Below, piece after piece: positions 38,001-50,300 of a DNA stretch of 64,000 nucleotides. The translations under genes were made by a program, and so were the position numbers. Numbering within the stretch: position 1 is the stretch's first letter; each line of letters opens with the position of its first letter. The DNA comes from Heterodontus francisci. Taxonomy: Eukaryota. Under the pieces are notes generated by a model. It saw only the letters and a program-made list of their open reading frames with translations, did not search any database and was not told the origin of the DNA. The stretch is from NCBI RefSeq assembly GCF_036365525.1, contig NC_090383.1, forward strand, positions 5,588,453 through 5,652,452, in the 5' to 3' direction.

Positions 38001-38180
38001 CCCATTCCCCTGCTGAATTAGCTTAAACCCCCCCGAAGAGCACTAGCAAACCTCCCCCCCAGGATATTGGTACCCCTCTGGTTCAGGTGAAGACCATCCT
38101 GTTTGTTGAGGTCCCACCTACCCCAGAAAGAGCCCCAATTATCCAGGAAACCAAAACCCTCCCTCCTGCACCATCCCTGC
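35073..38180 (-). mobile_element. Young, 5'-truncated CR1-clade LINE (HER1-like): 3' end of esterase ORF1, intact ORF2, short 3' UTR
   Basis: ORF1 tail ...DGLHLNQRG...GGLS* ends at 38018. 3' end ...gggccgaagggcctgtactgcgctgtaatgttcta. CpGs retained; ttttcat at both flanks. Confidence 0.95.
35141..37987 (-). CDS. CR1 ORF2: AP endonuclease plus reverse transcriptase, uninterrupted (948 codons; first ATG at 37972)
   Basis: APE motifs NARS, ETW, YRPP, GDFN, SDH. RT motifs [32 protein letters not shown]. No stops or frameshifts. Confidence 0.95.
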   Translation of the reverse strand: MPVYRMLRVVRSDMVTRTQEGTGKQEPGLKCVYFNARSIRNKVGELAAWVGTWDLDVVAISETWVEQGQEWMLQIPGFRCFSKNREDGKRGGGVALLIKESITATERTFEDSSTEVVWAEVRNRRGEVTLLGVFYRPPNSSRDVEERIAKMILDRGESNRVVVMGDFNFPNIDWKYYSSSTLDGSVFVQCVQEGFLTQYVDRPTRGDATLDLVLGNEPGQVLDLDVGEHFGDSDHNSVRFTLAMGRDRYIPQGKNYNWGKGNYDAIRQDLGCVGWGRKLQGMGTIEMWSLFKEQLLRVLDKYVPVRQGGSCRAREPWFTKEVEALVKRKKKAYVRMRREGSVRALESYKLARKDLKGELRRARRGHEKSLVDRIRENPKAFYRYIRNKRMTRVRLGPIKDSSGKLCVESEEIGEVLNEYFASVFTVEKENVVENTEIQATRLDGIEVHKEEVLAILESVKIDKSPGPDGIYPRILWEAREEIAEPLSLIFMSSLSTGIVPEDWRIANVVPLFEKGSRDSPGNYRPVSLTSVVGKMLEKVIRDRIYNHLEKNKYIRDSQHGFVTGRSCLTNLIEFFEKVTKQVDEGKAVDVVYMDFSKAFDKVPHGRLLQKIRKYGVEGDLELWIRNWLAERRQRVVVDGKCSSWSLVTSGVPQGSVLGPLLFVIFINDLEEGVEGWVSKFADDTKVGGVVDSAEGCCRVQRDIDRLQSWAERWQMEFNSEKCEVIHLGRSNRNAEYWANGKILGSVDEQRDLGVQVHKSLKVANQVNRAVKKAYGVLAFISRGVEFRSHEVMLQLYKTLVRPHLEYCVQFWSPHYRKDVEAMERVQRRFTRMLPGMEGRSYEERLRDLRLFSLERRRRRGDLIETYKIIRGLDRVDSERLFPLMVMANTRGHSFKLRGDRYRTDVRGSFFTQRVVRAWNALPAAVVDSPTLRAFKWTLDRHMDENGIV

Positions 38181-38364
38181 ATACTGAATACACTATACAT
38201 TTTCATACTGAATGCACTTGCATTAACAATATATTCAACCACTTGCTCCAACTGACATCCAGGGAATTCCCACAAATTGAAATCCCAATCTTGCCAGGGA
38301 GGCACAGGTCTCTGATGGAAAATGATGTTGATACATTTTGAGCTGTTGAGGTGGAAGGCATAAA

Positions 38365-38795
38365 CATTTAGGAACAGGAAGAGGTCATTTAGCCTCTCGA
38401 GCCTATTTTGCCATTCAGTGGGATCATGGCTGATCTGTGACCTAACTCCATGTACCTGTCTTTTCCCCATATCCCTTAATACCTTTGGCTAACAAATACC
38501 TATCAATCTCAGTTTTAAAGTTAACTATTGACCTTGTATCAATTACCATTTGCAGAAGAGAGTGCCAAACTTCTTCCAAACTATGTGTAGACGTGATTCC
38601 TAATTTCAATCTTTGGAGATCTGGCTCCAATTTTTACACTATGTGCCTTAGGCTTAGACTTTCGAACTAGTGGAAATAGTTTCTCCCTATCTACCCTACA
38701 CGTTCCCCTTAATATTTTTAAATCTTTGATCAAATCACCCTTAATCTTCTAAATTCCAGGGAATACAACCCTAATTTGTGTAATCTCTCCTTCGT
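38365..38795 (-). mobile_element. Old CR1 3' fragment
   Basis: CR1 C-terminal and 3' UTR pattern (ORF 38442-38630). Confidence 0.7.
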
Positions 38796-39619
38796 AAATT
38801 ACAAATTTGGTAACTTGCAGCGTCTTTAAGTGTTACAGGAGGAAGATTCTCAATTTACTGGAGAAAACAAAATGACAGGAATATCAGAAACTATTGCAGT
38901 GATTTCATTAGTTCATCTCCTATTCCATAAAAATGGTAGCTGTTGCTGACTCATAACTTTCGATTGGAAGTTTTTGGAGCTTTTCATTTCCATTGTTAGG
39001 TGTTGATCTGTACATTCTATACTTAATTGGTTGCAGTTTAATGAATATAACATTTTCAGCTTATTGAGTGCCACAGAGATATACAAATGTATATAATTTA
39101 TTTAGTGTAATACTAGACTTTCAAATAGGATAAATCTGGAATACTCTTCTGCACTGTAATGCTATTTCCTAGCTACTGCTTATTGTGTTTTATTTTAGTG
39201 GTACTTACCCTTTAACAGCTGGTTCCAATTCTTGTGCTTACTTCTTGTGGATGTGAACAATCCCATGGCACTATTTGAAGAACAGGGAGTTCTTCCAGTG
39301 TCCTAGCTAATATTCTTCACAAGGCCAATTCCACAGGAGACAGATTTCATTCATTTGTTGTTTGTGGCGCTTTGCTGTGCACTAATTGGCTGCTACATGT
39401 GCCTGTGTAACAACAGTGGCTGCACTTCAAAAGGAATCCAACAACTAGAAATCACTTTGGGATGCTCCGTGGATTAAAAGGTGCTATTTCAATGAAAGGT
39501 CTTCATTTCTCTCTGTACTGCAGCTTCCTTGAGCTTGTTCAGAACATTTTAAAGCTCACTCGTGCTGGTAAGGGGCAAATAGTTTACCTACAGAACATAA
39601 AGTTATAGCTTATGCACCA

Positions 39620-40090
39620 CATAAGTACAAAGAAGGTTTACTAGACTAATACCTGGAATTGGACAGGCTAGGCTTGTATCCGCTGGAATTTAGAAGAGTA
39701 AGAGGCGACTTGATTGAAACATATAAGATCCTGAGGGGTCTTGACAGGGTGGATGTGGAAAGAATGTTTCCCCTTGTGGGAGAATCTAGAACTAGGGGTC
39801 ACTGTTTAAAAATAAGGGGTCGCCCATTTAAGACAGAGATGAGGAGAAATTATTTCTCTCAGAGGGTCGTGAGTCTTTGGAATTCTCTTCCTCAAAAGGT
39901 GGTAGAAGCGGAGTCTTTGAATATTTTTAAGGCAGAGGTAGATAGATTCTTGATAAGCAAGGGGGTGAAAAGTTATCGGGGGTAGGTGGAAATGTGGAGT
40001 AATCAGTTCAGCCATGAACTTATTGAATGGCAGAGCAGGCTTGAGGGGTCTAGTGGCCTATTCCTGCTCCGAATTCGTATGTTTGTATGT
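39620..40090 (+). mobile_element. CR1 3' fragment
   Basis: ORF 39659-39985 (LGLYPLEFRRVRGDLIETYKI...), closely similar to 1351-1674. Confidence 0.85.
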
Positions 40091-40770
40091 TAGTACATTT
40101 AAGTTACTGTGCAAACCTGAAGCATGGGTCCCAGTCACAGTGACCCTTTTTTTAAAAACTTTGTTTATTGAATCCACTGAATGGGAAACTGATGATGTAA
40201 CCATGGTAGATTAAAATCCAATTTATCTGTTTTTAAGATAGCTCTAATTTTTAAAAAAGTGATCCCCTGATAATAATGCAAATGTACTGAACTATCTATA
40301 TACTTTAAAAATCTTGCAAATTTGTACACTTCCTGTCTGTGGCATTTTACTTCCTGTTGTCATACATTTTGCCTCCTAACTGCCTTCTGAAATGGCCTAG
40401 CAAAGCCACTCAGTTGTCAAGGGCAATTAGGGATGAGTAACAAATGCTGGCTTTGCCAGCAACCCCTACATTGCATGAAATAATATTTTTTAAATGTGTC
40501 AACTTGCATTATACTCTTGCACTATGGGAGTATGAACAAGTTATATACAAATGAGGAGCATGGTCCTCTTATAATGGGCAGAACCCTGACAGTCTGAACA
40601 TACCTGCTCGTCTGAGGATTGACTTTGGCAGATAAATCCTCAAGAATTGTATTATGTAAGTTGAAGAGGTTCCCCAAATAACAGCCATGCATATGTTATC
40701 TGATGGAGTCTCCAGGTTCACCCAAAATGCAGGTACAGGGCTAATGAAATTATCTTTTACCTCACCGAAT

Positions 40771-43700
40771 GGGCAGGATTTCTATTTCGGGTTTGGGACC
40801 TTGACGTTGTGTTCACTTCCGGGTCCCGACCTCACATACCATTTGCAATATGCACCTGTTGTGATTTTAATTAGAAAAGAAGTTAATTGGCCCAGAGTCA
40901 CGTTCAACGCCCAATTAGGGGCGGTAGATGTGGGGAGGAGGCGGAACACAGGAAGCAGCAGGCTTGATTTAAAGGGATTTAAAGCCTGGCAGTTGCTGTT
41001 CATCTGTAAAATAGGTGAAGCTGAGCAGAGGGCAGTGGGCCCCTGTGGCAGAGCAGCCCCCCATTTTCTGGTGCCTCACTCGAGGTGCCGATAGAAAGGA
41101 GAACTATCCTGTTCCCTACCAACAGCAATAGAAAGCTGCAAAGCTGAGGAAGAAGGCATGACTGGAGGTGGCTCATGAGGTTAGCAGCAGAGGTGTTGCT
41201 GGAAGCAGTGAATGCAAGAAGGAAGAACTGGGTCCAGTGCAGGAAATGTTTCAATGACCTGCTTAGGTCTGGCAAGGTGAGTCCAGAGATGGCATGCCTC
41301 CTCACCAGCAGTGACCAGAATACAAAACTGAGGGGCATCCTGAGGGCGCATAAAGTTCTGCTGACCACAAGACAGATGTTTGCTCAGCAGCATCAATGAC
41401 CAATAAACATAGTTCATTATCTGAGCGCTACTGGACAGTGGGCTATTAGGAAGTCTGCAACATCCTATGTGAATGAAAAGCTACAAGTGGTGAGGGAGTG
41501 AGGCGATGTCCTAACACCATGTTTTCACTTTGCAGGCCTAATGGGAGAACAATACCAGGGAGAGTGAAAGGGGGTTCTTGGATGGTGGAGTCCTGCAGCT
41601 CATGTCTCTAATGCATTTCGAGGAGCTGCCCCTTGATCTGGCCAAAGTAGCAAGCCACCGGGATGTTAGAGACGGAGAAACGGGAGTCCATCATAGACAG
41701 GGTGAACAAATCTCAACATCCCCAGATTCAGGGGATGCATGGCAATCCTCCCCTTACAACAAGCTGTCAATGCATAAACTGTCATCTACATTATTTTGTG
41801 CAGCTGAAGTATCTGGTGATTTTGCCAATTTCTCATATCCACCTTCTGTTATATCTCTCACGGGGGAGGAGTCACAACGCTGTCAACCTGTTCAGGAGGA
41901 GTCATAGAGGAAGAAGACAGCTCGGAGTCTACACCGTCATATTTATCTTGCGCACCCTCCACCAGTACAGACACTTGCACGTTGGTGAGTCTTCGGGTGT
42001 CATTAGAAACAATGACGCAGAGTGGAGCATATATCACCTCAGAGCAGCAGAATACGGGGGAGGCAGAGTCGGCTGTAGCCAATCCCCCTCAGAGGATGGA
42101 GGACAGGCGCAGCCCTGCTTATCAGGGTGGAGATGCAGAGCCAAGGGATTCATGAAACAGGTGGCTCTACTTGGAGATGTCAGATGTAATCCCACATGTT
42201 GGAGTTACCTAAGGCTCTGCTGGGTCATGGGATGAGACTGGAGGAGTCCATTCATCTCATGTGCTCCACAATGTCTCAGTGCCTTTGAGCACATGAGCTC
42301 CTTCATTGAGAGTGGCCAACCTCATGGAGAGCCCTATGCGAAGCACTCAGAGTGGATGTGAAACAGCGCACTGATATGTACAGAATGCATGCTGCAGTCT
42401 GTAGCATTGACTGGTCAGTGGTGCAAATAGTGCAAAGAAGCACGGAGTAGATGTAGGTTGCGCCCAGCTGGTAGTATCGATCAAGGGCGCCAAGAAAGGC
42501 CTGAGGTGGCGACAGATGATGATGAGGGGATCATCCCTCATGGGACTCTGTCACCATCATCTGCCTCCATGGCCCCTTCGGTGGACAAAGCATCTATATA
42601 ACACACATTATTAGAGGCTGCCCCTGCAGTAATGCCAGTGCAGCAGCCTTTGGACGTGCCCCGCTCCCAACACATCCACAATGATGCTGAGCACCCTGGC
42701 ATCTCAGACCCAGACAGGCACAGGCAAGCAGACTGCCTCCGCCTCATTCTCAGCCACCGGGGGAGTACCTTGTAGGAGTCGCTGTGAGTGCAGGCCAGCA
42801 TCTCAGTAGCGTCACTTTGTGGGCCAATGGACGGAGGAAATTGCCACTGCCCTTTGAGTTTGCGTGCCGCTAACCCTCTTGAATCCAATGTAATCCCCTG
42901 CCCTCATAGAGCATCTGTCACCTCCATGATGCTGAGATGCCACCAAGGTCTGCTGCCGCTATTTAGTACACGGTTGCAAAAAAGTGCAAGACCACTATGA
43001 ATTTTACAGCCATGCGAAAGGCCTTGGCGATGATTCCTGTGACCCCTCGTATGACCCTCAACATGGGCACACAACTCAGCAAACATCTGCCTGGACAGGT
43101 GCAGCCTTCTTGGGTACTGATGCTCCGACATGTCCAGGTAGCTACTCCTTTGGCAGTAGACACTCTGCTGAGGGTATCGCCTTCATTGGATTCTTGCCCC
43201 ATTCCTCACCCCCCCCCCCCCCCCCCCACCCCACCCCCACACCCCTGTTGCCCAGGGGTATACCCCTGTTCCTGCAGATGCTGCTCCTCATCACTAGTCG
43301 ATCCTATCTCGGGGTAGCTTTATCCCATTTCCTGTTACGTTCTTCCTTCCTTTCTACTAGAATGTGCAGTCTTCAGAAACCCCCCTCTCAGGAGCCTGTG
43401 AGGCCCGTAAGCCAAGGGACCCTTCCAGCCAACCCCCTCCAAAGTTGTGCTTCCCAAAATGCCCTTGTCAAGAGTGAAAGGATATGACAGATAAATCTCC
43501 TGACTATGTACAGCTGGTCGTCTGTGAATGAGGGCCTTCTCTGAGCCTTCCCTCTTTAATGGAGCCTCTTGCTGCTGTGCCGCTGTTCTGACTGGCTCCC
43601 CACTGTGTTTGCGCCTGCTCCTACCTGTCGTACTTGATCCCATGCCTTACAACGAAAATTCAAAACTGGTGCCTAACGAGCTGACAAGAAGCTTGTTAAT

Positions 43701-43882
43701 TGGTTTATCTGGCCATTATTTGATCTCAGGTGGGATGCTTCTTCAGAATCTCAGCACAGCCTTTTAACTTTGAGTGTGCCAGTTTCATGTCGGGAAACTG
43801 TCACACCAACCCAAGGGGTGGCTTTAAGTGACTTGAGGGACAATCCTGTTCCAGCCCTCTAATTGATATAAAAATCCTGACC
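40771..43882. mobile_element. Decayed PIF/Harbinger DNA transposon (Myb/SANT gene on +, internally truncated transposase on -)
   Basis: AAT|GGGCAGGATTTCTAT ... ATAAAAATCCTGACC|AAT (imperfect TIR, 3-bp TSD). Plus strand: VLLEAVNARR..WVQCRKCFNDLLRSGK|gtgagt. Minus strand: YLDMSEHQ..RRLHLSR..FAELC and AVKFIVVLHFFAT, resembling a HARBI1-like N-terminus. Confidence 0.85.
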
Positions 43883-44064
43883 AATGTTTCCTACCAGCAA
43901 GATGGTAAACACAGTGAAATATATTCAATAACAAATTTTTAGTTTCTGTTTAGAAGTTCAATGTTTGATTTGTGTTACCTGATTTACACCAGGGCAGTGG
44001 TGGAATATCACAATTAGACTCAGTATTTGGAGGTGAAGAAAGTCCCCGAGCGTGGAATGGTATC

Positions 44065-44430
44065 ATAACAGTTATCACGTGACTGGACTAGGATTCCAGA
44101 GGCCTGCATTAATGCTCCAGAGATATGAGATCAAGTCCCACTATGGCAGCTGGGAAATTTAAATTCAGCTAATTAAATAAATCTGCAATAAAATGCTAGT
44201 ATCAGTAATGGTGATCATGAAACTACTGGATTGTTGTAAAAACCCATCTGGTTCACTAATGTCCTTTAGGGAAGGAAATCTGCTGTCTAACCTATATGCG
44301 ATGACAGAAATGGCCTAACAAGATATTCAGTTGCCAAGAAGGTGGCTTACCTTCTCCAGGGCAATTAGGAATGGGCAATAAATGCTGGCCTTGCCAGTGT
44401 TGCCCACATCCCCATGAATGAATAAAAAAG
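44065..44430 (+). mobile_element. Second tRNA-like SINE family (unclassified)
   Basis: Core aaaacccatctggttcactaatgtcctttagggaaggaaatctgc and tail gggcaattagggatggg...catcccatgaatgaataaaa. Copies at about 158-360, 9585-9890, 24840-25040(-), 29990-30145(-) and 40375-40480. Tail shared with the LINE at 59480-60090. Confidence 0.7.
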
Positions 44431-45089
44431 ATTTTTTTTTAATGCAGGAGTTAAGCAATTACTACTGCTCACCAACATTAGTAATATTCTATTTACTTAA
44501 CAGATGCAAAGCTTCTAGCAGGACTTTGAGACTGAGTTTCAGAACTCATTCTAAAAATTTAAAAAAAATACAGACTATTGTGATGATTATCCAGGTTCCT
44601 GTCTTTTACTTCAATGGAGGACACAAACGTCAACTGTGGTGATTCCATTGCAATTTCAGCTGAAGTTAGTGAGCTTAGCCCAGACCAACAGTGCACCTAG
44701 GACCTTCCTGATTTGTATTCCTCAGTTACTACATTGACCAAGTAGGTCATCAGGGAAGCCTTAATCACAGTATTTCAGTAAATAAAAACTCAAAGTTAAC
44801 AGAAACTGGAAACATATGAGTGTTGACATAATCATTCAATATTACTAAGATTTGAAAAAGCTAATGATTATGTTCACTCTTCTAGCACACCATTAAGTTA
44901 ATTGGATAACTTTTCCTAGTGATGCTGACCATTAGATATGTCTTTTTCGCACATGAATTATCACTTTGGATGTTCAAGTCCATAAATTATCGACACATTC
45001 TTCATGATGTAGCTGCACCACAGAATTGCCAAAATTGGTTGAAGACTCATGAACCAAAGTAGCTAAAAACTAGCAATCCAATTCTAGGG

Positions 45090-45095
45090 TTTATT
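45090..45095 (-). terminator. Candidate FBXO48 poly(A) signal
   Basis: tttatt on + (AATAAA on -), about 350 nt past the stop codon. Confidence 0.4.
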
Positions 45096-45442
45096 TCTGT
45101 CTGGTACAGTACAAATAGAAAAGAACCAAAACTACAGCATTATCATCACATCACCATGATCAATATTTTTTCAAGGTAATGCCAAAAGTGCTTTAAACAG
45201 TGGAATACATTTTTTTTTAAAAAAGGAGTTATACCTTAAGACTTTTCAATAATATAGCAATAAACCTTTATAGATTCTATAATTAACTATCCAATGAAAG
45301 ATTGCAAATGTAATAAAAACTCTTATTTACTATTTTTAAACATAAACTATTTGACGAATAAAACAAATACTTTCAATTATAGTGCTCTTAGCTTTTTTTA
45401 AGTGCATGATGCTTCAATAAAATGCTCCAAATTAATACAACG

Positions 45443-45604
45443 CTATCTTTCCAGCTCAGCCTCCAGTATCTCTCCCCATGCATCCACATCCATTTCACAC
45501 ATGCTGTTGTGCAGAAGCTCAGTTGCAGAATGAATGTAACTGTATTGGCCGTCTAACCATGCTCGTTTTATGTTGCTTTTCTTGTAGTTCCTCACCAGGG
45601 TAAC
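45443..45604 (-). CDS. FBXO48: F-box only protein 48, last coding exon
   Basis: Minus strand ttcatttgtag|GTT ACC...GAA AGA TAG. Encodes VTLVRNYKKSNIKRAWLDGQYSYIHSATELLHNSMCEMDVDAWGEILEAELER*, the typical FBXO48 C-terminus (WGEILEAELER). Not in the ORF track. Confidence 0.95.
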   Translation of the reverse strand, partial: VTLVRNYKKSNIKRAWLDGQYSYIHSATELLHNSMCEMDVDAWGEILEAELER

Positions 45605-47384
45605 CTACAAATGAACAAAACAAAATCTCTTAGACAATCTTAATATTCTTTTTATCATCAATTGAACAAAGGCATTGTGTGAGGTGTGCTAAAATCGACA
45701 ATTAAGACGATTCTTACTACCATTAAGCTATTTGTATTATTGTATAAGATTAAGTTTCATGAAATCCTGCACAATAAATGTGGATTAATGATTTCATTTC
45801 TTAAAAGCACAGGAAAGAGGTTGTGCAGATCTCTAATGTTGTGAATGCAATGTTTTTCAGCATTTCATGACTTCATACTAGTAATGTTATTATTTACTAT
45901 TACACTCTGCTGTCCGTGTCCTTGCCCATCACCCACTGTGTTCGCTTACCTACATTGGCTCCTGGTTAAACAACAATTCGATTTTAAAATTCTTATCCTT
46001 GTTTTCAAATCCTTCCATGGTCTCACCCCTGTCTATCTCTGTAATCTCCTCCAGCCCCACAACCCTCTGGGATATCTGTGCTCCTCTAATTCTGGCCTCT
46101 TGAGCATCTTGGATTTTTATCGCACCACCATTGGCAGCCATGTTTTCAGCTGCTGAGGCCCTAAGCTCTGGAATACCCTCCCTAAACCATTCTGCCTCTC
46201 TACTCACTTCCCTCCTTTAAGATCCTCCTTAAAGCCAATTCTTTGGCCAAGGTTTTGTTCACCTGCCCCACTATCTCCTTATGTGCCTTGGTGTCAAGTG
46301 AAGCGCCTAAGAAAGGTGCTTAAATTAAATTATGTTAAAGGTGCTATATAAATGCAAGATGTTGTTGCAATAGCCATGCATTGTGATCTCTTAATCTACT
46401 GGGGTCTGGCAAACTGACAGACTGATTAAATTTGTGTAGCAAGTGCCAGGGTCAATGAACACATACTCCTGTGTTAGCAGCTACCATATTTTGTCTCTAT
46501 TAGATTTCCTTGTGAAAGGTGCAATTGCAATCTAAACTAAAAAAATTGAAAGGTACTGACTTTGTTTTGGCGGCTAACTTATGACTCTCTCTGTGAAGTA
46601 GAATTTTTACATGGCTGTCACAAGGAGAATATGGGTTGCTGAGGAAGAATTCCAACAGTATAGCTGAATGTTATAATAAACCTGTAATGATTCAGAACTG
46701 GGTTAAAACTGCCCAAACTTCCTTCATGTACAACTTTTTCAACAAGGAAAGAGAAGCATTTTTCATTGCATCAGTCTGAGCTGGATTGCAAGCACAGTTC
46801 CAAAGGTGAAAGACAATGTGCTAAAATCCACTCCACCTAGTTTCCTGGTTAAGGTAACTTAAAGATGAATTATTGTTTTTCATTTCTTTATATTTACAGA
46901 CAATTGAATGGGATATGGAAGCTATTGTTGACAATGAACTCAGAGATGTGGATATATTCAGATTTTCCATCCCTATTCCTTTTAGGACTTGGCTTTGTCG
47001 TAGCAAAGTTATTGGGTCTGCCTAACTAAAGTACTCTGTGTGCTTGCAGTAATCACTGCTATTATTGTAGATGGAACAATCCAAGTTTCAATACAATTAA
47101 AGATCATTTTGTAAGACAAATTATATACAAGTATTTATTGCAGAACTCTAAAATATGGATATAAAAAGGAAAAAACTGTAAATGCTGAAAATCTGAGAAA
47201 ACAAATCTGACCCATCAACATCTATAAAAAGATAGGTTAATATTTGGATCAGACCAAAACTTTAACTTGTCTTATTTCTCTACAGGTGTTGACAGACTTT
47301 GCTTATATTTTCAGCATTTTTTGTGAAAGTTATTTTATAAAATATAATTATGTTTAAACGATCTATAATATGGACACGGAGTTC

Positions 47385-50300
47385 ATAAAATTGTATACTA
47401 TAGCACAGAAGGAGGCCATTCGGACCATCGGGTCTGCACTGCTCTTTCAAAGAGCAATCCCAGATAGTCCCGCTCCCCCGCTCTTTCCCCATATCCCTGC
47501 AATTTTTTCCCCTCTAAGTATCAATCCAATTCCCTTTTGAAGGTTACTATTGGATCTGTATCCACCACACTGTCAGATCAGGTGGTGCATTCCATTACTA
47601 ACCACTTGTTGCATAAAAAGGGTTTTCCTCATGTCACTTCTGGTTCTTTTACCAATCACCTTAAATCTGTGCTCTCTGGTTATCGATCCTTCAGCCACTG
47701 GAAACCGTTTCTCTTTATTTACTCTATCTAAACTCTTCAAGATTTTAAACACTCTATATAATCACCTCTTAGCTTTCTCTGCCGTAAGGACAAGAACCCC
47801 AACTTCTCCTGTCTATACACGTAACTGTAATCCTTCATTCCTGGAACTATTCTAGTAAACCTCGTTTGTACCTTCTCCAAAACCTTTACACCCTCCCTGA
47901 AGTGTGGTACCAGAATTGGATACAATACTCCATCTGGGGCCGAATTAAAGTTTTATATAGTTTTGGCATAATTGCCTAGCTTTTATACTCGATGCCTCTG
48001 TTTATAAAGCTCAGAATCCCCTATGCTTTATTCACTGCTTTGGTAACTTGTCCTACCACCTTCAAAAGATTTGTGCACTAACATCCCCAGTTCTCTCTAA
48101 ACTTACATCCCCTTTAAAATTGTGCCATTTAGCCTGAATTGTCTCTGCTCATTCTTCCTCCCAAAATGTATCATCTCACGCTTTTTCTGCATTGAGTTTC
48201 ATTTGCCACGAGTCTGTCCATTCCACCAGCCTGTTTATGTTCTCTTGAAATTACCACCTTCCTCATCTCATCTGATGTAGTAGTTGGCATTACTTGTCTC
48301 TCTTGTTCTTTGCTAATCATTATAAACATAAGAACATAAGAACTAGGAGCAGGAGTAGGCAATTCAGCCCCTCGAGCCTGCTCCGCCATTCAATACGATC
48401 ATGGCTGATCTCATCTCGGCCTCAACTCCACTTTCCTGCCTGTTCTCCATAACCCTTCAACCCATTACTAATTAAAAATCTGTCTATCTCCTCCTTAAAT
48501 TTACTCAATGTCCCGGCATCCACCGCACTCTGGGGTAGTGAATTCCACAGAGTCACGACCCTTTGAGAGAAGTAATTTCTCCTCATCTCTGTTTTAAATC
48601 TGCTACCCCTTATCCTAAAACTATGACCTCTTGTTCTAGATTGCCCCACCAGAGGAAACATCCTCTCTACTTCTACTTTGTCAATCCCCTTAATCATCTT
48701 ATATACCTCAATTAGATCTCCTCTTATTCTTCTAAATTCTAGAGAGTAAAGGCCTAAACTGCTCAATCTCTCTTCATAAGACAAACCCCTCATCTCTGGA
48801 ATCAATCTAGTGAACCTCCTCTGAACACCTCCTCAAGAAAGGGGACCAAAATTGTATGCAATACTCCAGGTGAGGTCTCACTAATGCCTTGTACAGTTGC
48901 AGCAACACTTCCCTACTTTTATACTTTATTCCTTTAGCAATAAGTGCCAAAATTCCATTTGCCTTCCTTATTAGCTGCTGCACCTGCATACTAGTTTACT
49001 GCGATTCATGCACAAGGACACCCAGCTCCCTCTGCACCAAAGCACTCTGAAGTTTCTCTCCATTTAGATAATAATTTGCCTTTCTAGTCTTCTGACCAAA
49101 ATGGTTAACCTCACACTTATCCACGTTAAACTCCATCTGCCAAATTTTGTCCCATTCACCTAACCTATCCATATCCATTTGCAAATTTCTTATTTCTTTA
49201 TTGCAACTTACTATCCCACCTATTTGTGTCATCTGCAAATCTGGCTATAGTACCTTCTATCCCTGCATCCAAGTCATTAATATAGATTGTAAATAGTTGG
49301 GGCCCGAGGACCGAACCCTGTGGCACCCCACTAGTTACATCTTGCCAACCAGAAAAGGACCCATTTATCCCGATTCTCTGTTTTCTGTTGGTTAGCCAAT
49401 CCTGTATCCAAGCTAATAAATTGCCCCTAACCACGTGATCTTACTTTGTGTATTAAACTTTTGTGCGGCACCTTATCAAATGCCTTCTGGAAGTCCAGAT
49501 ATACTACACCTACAGGATCCCCATTATCCACTTTACTTGTCACAGCTTCAAAGAACTCTAGCAAATTAGTCAAACATGACTTACCCTTCATAAAACCATG
49601 CTGACTCTGATGGATTGCGTTTTAACTTTCTAAATTTAGTTAGAGTTTAGTTTAGAGATACAGCACTGAAACAGGCCCTTCGGGCCACCGAGTCTGTGCC
49701 GACCATCAACCACCCACTTATACTAATCCTACAGTAATCCCATATTCCTACCATATCCCCACCTGTCCCTATATTCCCCTACCACCTACGTATACTAGGG
49801 GCAATTTATAATGGCCAATTAACCTATCAACCTGCAAGTCTTTGGCATGTGGGAGGAAACCGGAGCACCCGGAGGAAACCCACGCAGACACAGGGAGAAC
49901 TTGCAAACTCCGCACAGGCAGTACCCAGAATCGAACCCGGGTCCCTAGAGCTGTGAGGCTGCAGTGCTAACCACTGCGCCACCCTCCTGTTAAATGTCCT
50001 GTTATTACTTCCTTAATAATGGATTCTAACAATTTCCCAACGACAGATATTAAACTAACTGTTCTATAGTTTCCTACTTTCTTCCTCTTTCCCTTTTTGA
50101 ATAAGGGTGTTATATTAACATTTTTCCAATCCACTGGAACCTTCCCCGCATCCAGGGAATTTTGGAATATTATAACCAATGGATCCACTATCTCCGCTGC
50201 CACTTCTTTTAAGACCCTAGGATGTAGGCCATCAGGCCCTGGGAACTTGTCTGCTTTCAATCCCAATAGTTTGCTCAGTACTTTTTCCCTAGTGATAATG

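Noticed and set aside
43477-43485. U12 donor ATATCCTTT (minus) as partner of the U12-like acceptor at about 33050
   Set aside because: Lies inside a decayed transposon with no supporting exon; likely chance without transcript data.
41578-43767. Cluster of 70-190 aa ORFs as novel genes
   Set aside because: All lie within the TIR-bounded Harbinger fossil and are broken or off-frame pieces.
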